A stretch of DNA of 64,000 nt. Origin: an uncultured Bacillales bacterium. GTDB taxonomy: Bacteria; Bacillota_I; Bacilli_A; RFN20; CAG-826. The position numbers were made by a program, and so were the translations under genes. The stretch lies in NCBI GenBank assembly GCA_946403545.1, contig CAMJAG010000002.1:4600-68599 (forward strand). Reading direction: 5' to 3'. The notes under the pieces were generated by a model. The model saw only the letters and a program-made list of their open reading frames with translations. It was not told the DNA's origin and searched no databases. Below, in pieces: positions 32,925 through 40,786 of this stretch; the stretch's first letter is position 1, and each line of letters starts with the position of its first letter.

Positions 32925-35900
32925 TTAAGCAGTCTTTTTCTTTTTAAGAAGTAATAGGACTACCAATACTGCTGCAGCGATAATTACGACACCACCAGCA
33001 CTTAATCCAATAATTAAACCTGCAGGAACTGCATGTGCAGCTGGAGTTAATAATTTGGAGTTAGAAATATTGCTTGTGATAAATAATTCGAAGCTATTAC
33101 CAACAGTGACTGTTGAACCATCATCAAGTTCTAGTTCCGCTAAAACTCTAACGAATTGGTTACATTCAACTTCAGAAACACCTTTAATTGTATCTCCATC
33201 AAGTTCTAATCCTGCTGGAAGAGGTGTATATTCATCGATTCTATATGTAACGTTTGTGATAGCTTTGCCATTATAGTCTTCATCCATTTCAATTTGGATG
33301 TTAACTTCATCGCCTAATTTACCTGTATAGACATTATCAACTACGCCTTCGAAATACATATCAGCTTGTGGAGTGACTGTATTCTTTGTCATAGCACCAC
33401 ATCTTAATACCATGTAGAGAGTTTCCTTAACAGACTTTCTAACTGCGTACCAGAATGAATATGTAGGAACTTTTTCACCACCACTAGTGAATACTGGGCA
33501 ATGTTGAGCGCTATCCCAGCTAACTTTTAAGTAATCTGCGAAGCTAGATGAGTCTAATTGGTTATTACAACCTGCTAATAAACGGTTGTGGATGTTTTCA
33601 TAACAGTTGAAGTTAACTGAAGAGTTACCATGGTGAGTCATATCGGAGATGATAGAACCTGTGAAGCCCCATTCTTCTCTTAATACTTCAGTTAATAATG
33701 GATAGCTTGCTGCTGTTTCCATTAAACCTAAACGGTTATATGAGGACATGATACCAGTTGCTTTACCTTCTTGAACTGCCATTTGGAATGGTTTTAAGTA
33801 GCATTCACGTAACGCTTGTTCCGTTAAGAATGTAGATGTACCTTCTCTGTTTTTCTCTTGATCGTTAACAGCGAAGTGTTTGAAGTAACAATAGACACCT
33901 TTTTCAGTAGCACCACTTACGACTCTGCCACAAATACGGCCAGAGAGGAATGGATCTGCTGAATAATATTCGAAGTTACGTCCACCGAATGGAGAACGGT
34001 GTAAGTTACATGCTGGGCCAGCCCAACCGAATGTACCTGATAAGTGAGATTCGATACCGACCATTTCGCCTTGTTCGTGTGCTAATTCAACATTATATGT
34101 AGCAGCGACGATTGGAGCACCAACCCACCAAATTGTTTGGAATTGAGAAGGACCGTCAGATGAACCTGTGCCTGGTTTACCAGCACGAGAGATTTCTGGG
34201 TTTTGGTTATTACCACCTAAGCAGAATGGAATCATTTCTGCCCAAGTCATTTGGTTCATGAATTCTTCCCATTTTTCATCTTCATAATCTAAACCAACTA
34301 ATTCGTTGAATTTAATTGAATTTGCTGCAGAAGTTGTTGTTTCTGCTTGTGTCCAACCAAGAGCAGCGATATCTTCAGCAGTTTTATGAGCTGCTTCTGG
34401 GATATATTCTGTATTATGGTCTAATTCAATGTCGTCCATCTTGAATTCGTGGCAATAGTATTCTTGAACTCTACTTCCATCTTTTAAAGTACGTTCTTCT
34501 ACTGTTGGAGAATTAGGGAATGTGCCTTCCATATCACCACGTGACATTTGTTCGAAGCCAATGTCTTCTTCTTGAGGCATTGAAGAATAGAAATCATTAC
34601 CTGAGAATCTATTTTCAACTTTATTTCCAGTAACACGGTCGTTTTCAAATTTTAAACCATTGTTACCGACTTTGAATTTAACTTTATCAAAGACTTCGTG
34701 AGCGTTCTTATTACAAGATAATTCATAATTACCTTTATCTAATTCATAGCCTTTGAAGCCATTGTTATTCTTGTCTGCAAAGTCATAGTTAGCGACATCT
34801 GCTAAGTAGAAGCTTAATTCTAATTCTTGAGAATCGCCTGGTTCTAATACATCAGTCTTATCAAAAGCACATAAAACTTCATATGCTTTTTCAATGCCTC
34901 CTTCGTAATATGGTGCTTTCCAATATAATTGAACAACATCTTTACCAGCGACATCGCCTGTATTAGTGACTTTAACTCTAACTTTGAGTTGTTCTTTAGT
35001 GTCGTTTAATGTTTTATTTGCTTTACTTGCTGCGACGATTTTTTGAGAGAAGCTTGTGTAACTTAGGCCATAACCAAATGGATAAATAACACCACCTTCA
35101 CCTGCATACCATTCGTCTGCTGCTGCTTGGTTTTTCTTAGCAGTTTCTGCATAACGAGTTTCGTAATAGCGGTAATCGAAGTAAATGCCTTCTTCATAAC
35201 TAACGTATGATGATGGTTTAACACCATTAAGACCTGCTTCTGGTACACCATATTCATCAACTGTGTAAGTTGCTTTCTTTAATGTACCTGGGGATCTAAC
35301 TGGAGTTCCATCAGGATTATACATTGTATCTGCTGCATGATAGCCAGTTAATGTATCTCCATTATAGATAGGATTATTTTGAGCGTTTTCTGAGAAGTTC
35401 TTGAAAGTTGGATCTTTTGTGAAATCTCTTGCCCAAGTATCAACTGTATGACCAGATGGGTTAACTTCACCTGTTAAAATCTTACCAACAGCGTTAACGC
35501 CAACAGCACCAGGAGTGCCAATCCAGAGGATACCTTTAACTTGGTCATCGTTTTCGAATTGATCAACTTGGAAAATATTACCAGAGTTAATTAAAACAAT
35601 AATGTTATCAAAATGTTCTTTAACAAAGTTGAATAAATCTTCTTCGTTTTTAGAAAGTTGAAGTGCATGTCTATCACTTACTGGATCTGCTGGAGTAGCA
35701 GAAATGTTAGTTCCATTTGCATTTGGAGCAAAGTCTCTTGCGTCACATGGTTTAACGTCACAACCTTCACTACCTTCACGAGATAAAACGATAATAGCAG
35801 CGTCGTTATATTGGTCAACTGATGCTAAAACAGTTTCTGGATAGATGGATAAAGGAGTTTCGCCAATTTGAACTTGAGAAATACCTTTCCAGCTTGAGTT

Positions 35901-36314
35901 ACCATTTGTTCTACCAATACCGGATTTGTTATTGTCCTTATAGAAGTTTGTAAGTGCACTGTTAAGAGTAAAACCAACGTTTGTTAATGATTTTTGTAAA
36001 TCAACAGCAGTTTCACCGTTAACTCTACCAGAACCTGAACCACCACCACCATAAACAAGGTTAGTTGAACTCTTACCGAAAACAGAGATGTATTGAGCGC
36101 CATCCATTGGTAAATAGCCATCTTTGTTCTTTAGGAGAGTAAAACCTTCTTCACAGATGCGGTTGTTTAATTCTGAACCCGCTTTAATGTAGGCAGTTCT
36201 GTTTGAGTATTTCGCAATGTATTCAGCGTTAGCAGCCATTGGATCTGCTGAACGAGATACTGAAATAGCCATACCTGCAACAAAAAGCGGAACTAAAAAT
36301 AGTTTTTTATTCAT
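32925..36314 (-). CDS. glycoside hydrolase family 3 enzyme with permuted domain order, N-terminal signal peptide and C-terminal TM anchor
   Basis: Start placed at ATG 36312-36314 (MNKKLFLVPLFVAGMAISV). Domain order is GH3 C-type alpha/beta sandwich (EEGFTLLKNKDGYLPM...ISVFG), then Fn3-like (VKVTNTGDVAGKDVVQLYWKAPY), then the GH3 catalytic barrel (NLHRSPFGGRNFEYYSADPFL, KHFAVNDQE, nucleophile region GFTGSIISDM). The C-terminus is GG-hydrophobic-KKKKTA. Confidence 0.85.
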   Translation of the reverse strand: MNKKLFLVPLFVAGMAISVSRSADPMAANAEYIAKYSNRTAYIKAGSELNNRICEEGFTLLKNKDGYLPMDGAQYISVFGKSSTNLVYGGGGSGSGRVNGETAVDLQKSLTNVGFTLNSALTNFYKDNNKSGIGRTNGNSSWKGISQVQIGETPLSIYPETVLASVDQYNDAAIIVLSREGSEGCDVKPCDARDFAPNANGTNISATPADPVSDRHALQLSKNEEDLFNFVKEHFDNIIVLINSGNIFQVDQFENDDQVKGILWIGTPGAVGVNAVGKILTGEVNPSGHTVDTWARDFTKDPTFKNFSENAQNNPIYNGDTLTGYHAADTMYNPDGTPVRSPGTLKKATYTVDEYGVPEAGLNGVKPSSYVSYEEGIYFDYRYYETRYAETAKKNQAAADEWYAGEGGVIYPFGYGLSYTSFSQKIVAASKANKTLNDTKEQLKVRVKVTNTGDVAGKDVVQLYWKAPYYEGGIEKAYEVLCAFDKTDVLEPGDSQELELSFYLADVANYDFADKNNNGFKGYELDKGNYELSCNKNAHEVFDKVKFKVGNNGLKFENDRVTGNKVENRFSGNDFYSSMPQEEDIGFEQMSRGDMEGTFPNSPTVEERTLKDGSRVQEYYCHEFKMDDIELDHNTEYIPEAAHKTAEDIAALGWTQAETTTSAANSIKFNELVGLDYEDEKWEEFMNQMTWAEMIPFCLGGNNQNPEISRAGKPGTGSSDGPSQFQTIWWVGAPIVAATYNVELAHEQGEMVGIESHLSGTFGWAGPACNLHRSPFGGRNFEYYSADPFLSGRICGRVVSGATEKGVYCYFKHFAVNDQEKNREGTSTFLTEQALRECYLKPFQMAVQEGKATGIMSSYNRLGLMETAASYPLLTEVLREEWGFTGSIISDMTHHGNSSVNFNCYENIHNRLLAGCNNQLDSSSFADYLKVSWDSAQHCPVFTSGGEKVPTYSFWYAVRKSVKETLYMVLRCGAMTKNTVTPQADMYFEGVVDNVYTGKLGDEVNIQIEMDEDYNGKAITNVTYRIDEYTPLPAGLELDGDTIKGVSEVECNQFVRVLAELELDDGSTVTVGNSFELFITSNISNSKLLTPAAHAVPAGLIIGLSAGGVVIIAAAVLVVLLLLKKKKTA
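33964..34002. repeat. 39 nt stretch identical to 41805-41843 (paralog-internal repeat)
   Basis: TAATATTCGAAGTTACGTCCACCGAATGGAGAACGGTGT occurs in both GH3 paralogs, by direct comparison of the two lines. A second near-identical block lies at about 35882-35929 versus 43741-43788 (one mismatch). Confidence 0.8.
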
Positions 36315-36392
36315 ATTTTTCCCCTTTGCAATCAAATTGCATATGAAATGCTTTCTCATTCTTTTTGAATTGAAAAAACACTTAACATATTT

Positions 36393-36433
36393 ATTCTATA
36401 TATTTTGGTTTCCATTATCAATTAATTGATAAT
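36393..36433 (-). promoter_or_regulatory. candidate promoter of the GH3 gene at 32925-36314, plus a 20 bp perfect palindrome
   Basis: Minus strand reads TTGATA (36416-36421), 17 nt spacer, TAGAAT (36393-36398). The palindrome ATTATCAATTAATTGATAAT (36414-36433) covers the -35 element. Confidence 0.45.
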
Positions 36434-36489
36434 AAAAAACAAAAGAAAAAAGCCAGGGGTTAACCCTAGCTTTTATAGTTATTTATTGC

Positions 36490-39429
36490 TTATTCAGCAG
36501 CAGGTTCTTCTGCTTTTTTACCTTTTGATAATAAAGCAGTTGTGACTGCAGCAGCACCCCAAGCAACTAATGCAACACCAAGACCGATACTAGCAACAGT
36601 AAGAGCGACTTCCCAGTTAGCTGGTTTATAACCCTTAATGTTAGCAGCCATAATATTAGAGTTAGCGACACAATAGCAAATTCTATGTGCAGCTTGTCTT
36701 AATAAGTTAGCGTCTGTTGGATCATTTGCAGATACATAAGGTGTGCCATGGATGTTAGATGTTTGAAGTTTTTGGGCATCAAGAGAGACTAAGTTAAGGT
36801 CTCCACCTGCGTATAACATTTGTTTACTATCCATATAGAAGTCTGTATGGAAGTCACAAATAACTGAACCTACGAATCCCCATTCTTTTCTTAAGACTGT
36901 TGTAACTAAACGATAGCTACCACCAGCCCATTCTGTACCGATTCTGTTGAAGGAAGTCATTAAACCACGAGATTTACCCTCTTTAACAGCGAATTCGAAT
37001 GGTTTTAAGTATAATTCACGCATTGCTTGTTCATCTAACCAAGTAGCAATACCTTTATCAGATCTATTTGTTTCTTGGTCGTTAACTGCAAAGTGTTTAA
37101 CGTTAGCATAGACACCTTTAGTTTGGACAGCTTTGATAACTTCTGCAGCGAATTTACCATTAACGAATGGATCTTCGGAGTAGTATTCAGTATTACGTCC
37201 AGAGAATGGTGAACGGTGTAAGTTGACGCCTGGAGCATACCAACCTGGGTAGCCAAGACCATCACCACGTTCGTTACCAATAAGTGCTTCTTCACCAATA
37301 GCGATACCTTGTTTTTCAGCAAGTTTAACGTTATAGGTTTGAGCAACTAAACATTCAGAGCAGTAGTAACAGCAACCATAAACTGCTGGTTTAGCACCTG
37401 GTAATAAGTTACCTAAGAAGCTAACTAATCCTGTAGGACCATCAGCAGATGTTGTAGCTGGAACTAAGACTTCACCTTCTCTTTGAATGAATGTTGTGGA
37501 GTAACAACCTTCATTGAAGAGTTTTAAGTAGTCAGAGAATGTCATTTGATTGAGGAATGTTTCCCAATCAGCGTTATCGTATTTTTTACCAACTAAATCT
37601 TTTAATCTAACTGTGATTTCTTTAACGCCCATTGTTGGAAGTGTGTCATATGTTTCATCGTTAGTTGTTTCGTAAGATTTAAGTTTTGCTAAGAATTCAG
37701 AAGTAATTTTACGATCTGCGTCAGTGATCATGTGAGGGAATGTACCTTCAAAGTCACTACGAGACATACTTTCTTTCATGTTATTTGTTACATCATCGAA
37801 TAATGTTGTAACTTCATAACCTGTTTCAGAATCTTTATCGTAAAGGATTTCTGCTGGTAAGTTCTTTGTGAAGGTATCAAAATCAGTATGAGCATCTGTT
37901 GCTGCATGGAAGACATAGTCTCCAGCATCAAGTTCATAAGTCTTCTTACCATTTCCGTTAGCATCATGTGAGTCGAAGCTAGCGAAATCATATGGATCAA
38001 CAGAAATTGTGACTGTTTCGTGTTCGTTTTTAGCTAAAGATTTAGTTTTAGCAAAACCAACAAGAACTTTATCAGCTTTTTCAATCTTACCATTTGTGTA
38101 TGGAGTTGTTACATAAAGTTGAACAACTTGTTTACCTGCAACATTACCAGTGTTAGTAACTTTAATTTCGACGTCAAACTTTTCACCTTTTGCAATATTT
38201 GCAGCTAAATCAGCTTTGTTTGTAATTTCTTGAGTGAAAGAAGTATAGCTCATGCCAAAGCCGAATGGGAACATAACGTGTTTGTTATACCATTCATCAG
38301 CAGCAGCTTGGCCACTTGCTTTCTTAATTTCTGCATAGCGTGTTTCGTAATAACGATAACCCATGTAGATGTTTTCTTCGTATTCGACGAAGTGGTAGTC
38401 AGTTTCTTTGCCACGAGCGTTGTAGTATAAGTCACCGACATCCATGTTACCACCGAAGTTTTGCCATGTTGGGTCAGTCTTATAATCTGTGTAGACAGTA
38501 TCAACTGTGTGACCAGATGGGTTAACTTCACCACTTAAGATTCTACCTAAAGCCATGATACCATTTCCACCTGGAGAACCGATGTTAATGCAAGCATCAA
38601 TCTTGCTGTTGTAAGCAGGATCGCTTGTAAGTTTTAAGAAACCTGTATCAATGTAGTTAGAACCGTTAAGTAAGATAATAACGTGTTCGAATTTGTTAGA
38701 ATCACAAATTGCTTTTAATAAAGCTCTCTCTGCATCGTCTAATTCAAGATAGTGACGAGTTGGATTGAGTGTTTCTTCTCTTGGTAAGTCCCAGTTTTCA
38801 CCAGCAATACGGCTGATAACGACTAATGCAGCATCACCATATTGGTCATATGTATCTTTAATGTCGCTTGTGTATTTATCTTGTGGAGTTTCACCTGTAG
38901 ATAAGGATTTAACACCACCATTTTCCATTTTTGGGTTAGCTGGACGGCCATTACCGGATTTTTTGTTATCTTTGTAGAATTCTTCAAGTTTCTTATTGTA
39001 TGAGAAACCTGCATCTTCTAGAGATTCAAAGATTGTTTTAGGATCAGATTCGCCAGGAGCAGCGGAACCAGAACCACCACAAACAATATTGACTGAGTTT
39101 TTACCAAAGACGGAAACTTTAGCGCCTTTCTTTAATGGAAGAGCGTTGTTTTCGTTTTTAAGAAGGATCATGCCTTCTTCACATATTTGTTCTGTAACTT
39201 TGTTACCATTTTCAGTTGCTTCTTTTTTGTTTTGAGCTTCTCTTTCGAATTTGATACCTGTATCAGTTTCGTCAAAGATTGGCTTTGGTTTATCGTTTAA
39301 AACTTCACTAATAATTGTTTTTGCTGTTGTTCTAGCAACAATATTAGCAGCGATGATAACACCAATTAAAACTACTGTCGAAGCGCCCCAAATGATAACG
39401 CGTTTTTTAAGTAAGTTTTTAAAATTCAT
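36490..39429 (-). CDS. glycoside hydrolase family 3 enzyme with permuted domain order and TM helices at both termini
   Basis: 979 aa with the same order: sandwich (EEGMILLKNENNALPL...VSVFG), Fn3-like (IKVTNTGNVAGKQVVQLYV), barrel (NLHRSPFSGRNTEYYSEDPFV, KHFAVNDQE, GFVGSVICDF). N-terminal signal-anchor and a C-terminal hydrophobic helix followed by KGKKAEEPAAE. Confidence 0.85.
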   Translation of the reverse strand: MNFKNLLKKRVIIWGASTVVLIGVIIAANIVARTTAKTIISEVLNDKPKPIFDETDTGIKFEREAQNKKEATENGNKVTEQICEEGMILLKNENNALPLKKGAKVSVFGKNSVNIVCGGSGSAAPGESDPKTIFESLEDAGFSYNKKLEEFYKDNKKSGNGRPANPKMENGGVKSLSTGETPQDKYTSDIKDTYDQYGDAALVVISRIAGENWDLPREETLNPTRHYLELDDAERALLKAICDSNKFEHVIILLNGSNYIDTGFLKLTSDPAYNSKIDACINIGSPGGNGIMALGRILSGEVNPSGHTVDTVYTDYKTDPTWQNFGGNMDVGDLYYNARGKETDYHFVEYEENIYMGYRYYETRYAEIKKASGQAAADEWYNKHVMFPFGFGMSYTSFTQEITNKADLAANIAKGEKFDVEIKVTNTGNVAGKQVVQLYVTTPYTNGKIEKADKVLVGFAKTKSLAKNEHETVTISVDPYDFASFDSHDANGNGKKTYELDAGDYVFHAATDAHTDFDTFTKNLPAEILYDKDSETGYEVTTLFDDVTNNMKESMSRSDFEGTFPHMITDADRKITSEFLAKLKSYETTNDETYDTLPTMGVKEITVRLKDLVGKKYDNADWETFLNQMTFSDYLKLFNEGCYSTTFIQREGEVLVPATTSADGPTGLVSFLGNLLPGAKPAVYGCCYYCSECLVAQTYNVKLAEKQGIAIGEEALIGNERGDGLGYPGWYAPGVNLHRSPFSGRNTEYYSEDPFVNGKFAAEVIKAVQTKGVYANVKHFAVNDQETNRSDKGIATWLDEQAMRELYLKPFEFAVKEGKSRGLMTSFNRIGTEWAGGSYRLVTTVLRKEWGFVGSVICDFHTDFYMDSKQMLYAGGDLNLVSLDAQKLQTSNIHGTPYVSANDPTDANLLRQAAHRICYCVANSNIMAANIKGYKPANWEVALTVASIGLGVALVAWGAAAVTTALLSKGKKAEEPAAE

Positions 39430-39442
39430 TGTAATTCACCTA

Positions 39443-40576
39443 TTAGTCAGCAATGAGATTAACTTGGTTCATTTTGTTCCATGTAATTGTGCTAGAAGAA
39501 TATAACTTAATGCAGTCAACACATGGTGCTGTAGAACCGACTGTACCAAAGATTGTATCGTTGTTGTTAACTTTCATTTGGATCTTGTTTGGACCAGCAT
39601 TTAATGAAACGTTTGCGCTAATTTCGAAATCTTGGCAAGGAATGAATGATTTAGAGACGACGTTATGGATTGTAATGTCGTTATATTGAAGTGCTGTGTC
39701 ATTAACTAAAATTTGGAATTGTTGGCTAGAGAAAGTGAATAAAACTTCTGTTTGTTCGCCTAAAACTCTATCGTGACCATATTCACCAGTTAAACGAGCG
39801 AATAATTGAACGTTAGTTGCAGCAGCACTACTTTCGATTTCCCATGTTAATGTATCGCCTTCAACGTACATATAGTGAATGAATGCACCATGAGTAGCGT
39901 CGTAGTGTTTTCTTTCTTTAATTGGATAATCATCAGCTGTTTTGCCTGCTGGTAATGGATTTGGAATATCTTCTTCGAAGTAGTATACATCTGCTTCTGG
40001 ATCATCTAAATCAAGAGAACCATCTTCTGTTTCGTAGTAATCAAAACCTTCGATAGTTGTACATTGATATTCATCATGGTTATCAATAAAGACTAAGCCT
40101 TTACCTTTTTGACCACCGGAATATGTGGAACCTGGCATTTTTGTACCAGCAACACCACCAAATGCTAATAAGTCTGGACAAACTTCAGCTTCTAAGAATT
40201 GAGCGTTTAAGTTAGCGTCGACATAGCAAGGAACGAGTTCGACATCACCCATAACTTTGTTTAAAGCAGCGTTATCGAAGTCCCAAATTTGACCACCATT
40301 TTTGTTGTTTTTCCAGCCAAGGAATTTCTTTCCTGCAGGAGCTGTTGGATCTGCTGGTTTTGTTAATGGGCTGTAAGCTTCAACTTTAGTAACGTCACCA
40401 CCATTGATTTGAACATTGTATTCTGGAAGTGGGATTACTTCATAGCTTTCATCTACAAAACTTCTTGGTGTTCTTGATTTTGCTTGGCTATTATCTCCGC
40501 CACAAGCTGCTAATGCAAGAGCTGTGAGAGAAACAGCTAAAAGAGTGAATTTTGATTTTTTCATGTTAATAATCAT
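39443..40576 (-). CDS. lipoprotein with an InlB B-repeat (Listeria-Bacteroides repeat)-like segment and a CBM6/35-like beta-sandwich
   Basis: Lipobox LAACGG. GKKFLGWKNNKNGGQIWDFD...VELVPCY fits the B-repeat. A downstream region (LEAEVCP...GDTLTWEIESSAAATNVQLFARL...LNAGPNKIQMKVNN...CVDCIKLY) looks like a carbohydrate-binding module. A start at 40576 or 40564 is possible. Only 13 nt separate it from the downstream GH3 gene. Confidence 0.6.
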   Translation of the reverse strand: MIINMKKSKFTLLAVSLTALALAACGGDNSQAKSRTPRSFVDESYEVIPLPEYNVQINGGDVTKVEAYSPLTKPADPTAPAGKKFLGWKNNKNGGQIWDFDNAALNKVMGDVELVPCYVDANLNAQFLEAEVCPDLLAFGGVAGTKMPGSTYSGGQKGKGLVFIDNHDEYQCTTIEGFDYYETEDGSLDLDDPEADVYYFEEDIPNPLPAGKTADDYPIKERKHYDATHGAFIHYMYVEGDTLTWEIESSAAATNVQLFARLTGEYGHDRVLGEQTEVLFTFSSQQFQILVNDTALQYNDITIHNVVSKSFIPCQDFEISANVSLNAGPNKIQMKVNNNDTIFGTVGSTAPCVDCIKLYSSSTITWNKMNQVNLIAD

Positions 40577-40627
40577 TATTCAGTGAACCCTAGTATATTT
40601 ACTGAATAAATTCTCCTTTCTAGGGTT
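40576..40627 (-). promoter_or_regulatory. structured 5' leader: two interleaved inverted repeats flanking the only Shine-Dalgarno sequence
   Basis: On minus-strand RNA: AACCCUAG (40627-40620), AAAGGAGAAU (SD), UUAUUCAGU (40609-40601), 7 nt, CUAGGGUU (40593-40586), 1 nt, ACUGAAUAA (40584-40576). The last A of that arm is the A of AUG 40576. Confidence 0.45.
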
Positions 40628-40726
40628 TATCTATGAACTAGTTTTCATAATCGATATGATATAGAAAACTTTGTTTCCAATATTATAATGCATATACGCA
40701 CATATTACACGCACAAATATGCAATC

Positions 40727-40758
40727 AAACTGCTAGGCCGAGTTTGACCTAGCAGTTT
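40727..40758 (-). terminator. terminator-like hairpin after the GH3 gene at 40787
   Basis: Perfect 11 bp inverted repeat AAACTGCTAGG / CCTAGCAGTTT with a 10 nt loop. The downstream U-tract is weak (GAUUGCAUAUUUG). Confidence 0.45.
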
Positions 40759-40786
40759 GGATTTAAATTGTATTAATTATTGCTAA

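Noticed and set aside
32925-33029. LPXTG sortase signal on the GH3 C-termini
   Set aside because: No LPXTG-like pentapeptide precedes the hydrophobic helix in any of the three enzymes. Only the generic three-part layout is present.
36325-36339. TGCAATTTGATTGCA (minus-strand reading) as a catabolite-responsive element (cre)
   Set aside because: It has dyad symmetry but lacks the central CG and the TGxAAxCGxTxxCA spacing of cre. It is kept only as an unexplained dyad under the palindrome finding.
40576-40627. A full H-type pseudoknot formed by both interleaved helices at once
   Set aside because: The connector between the two 3' arms is only 1 nt, too short to cross an 8-9 bp helix. Mutually exclusive alternative hairpins are more plausible.
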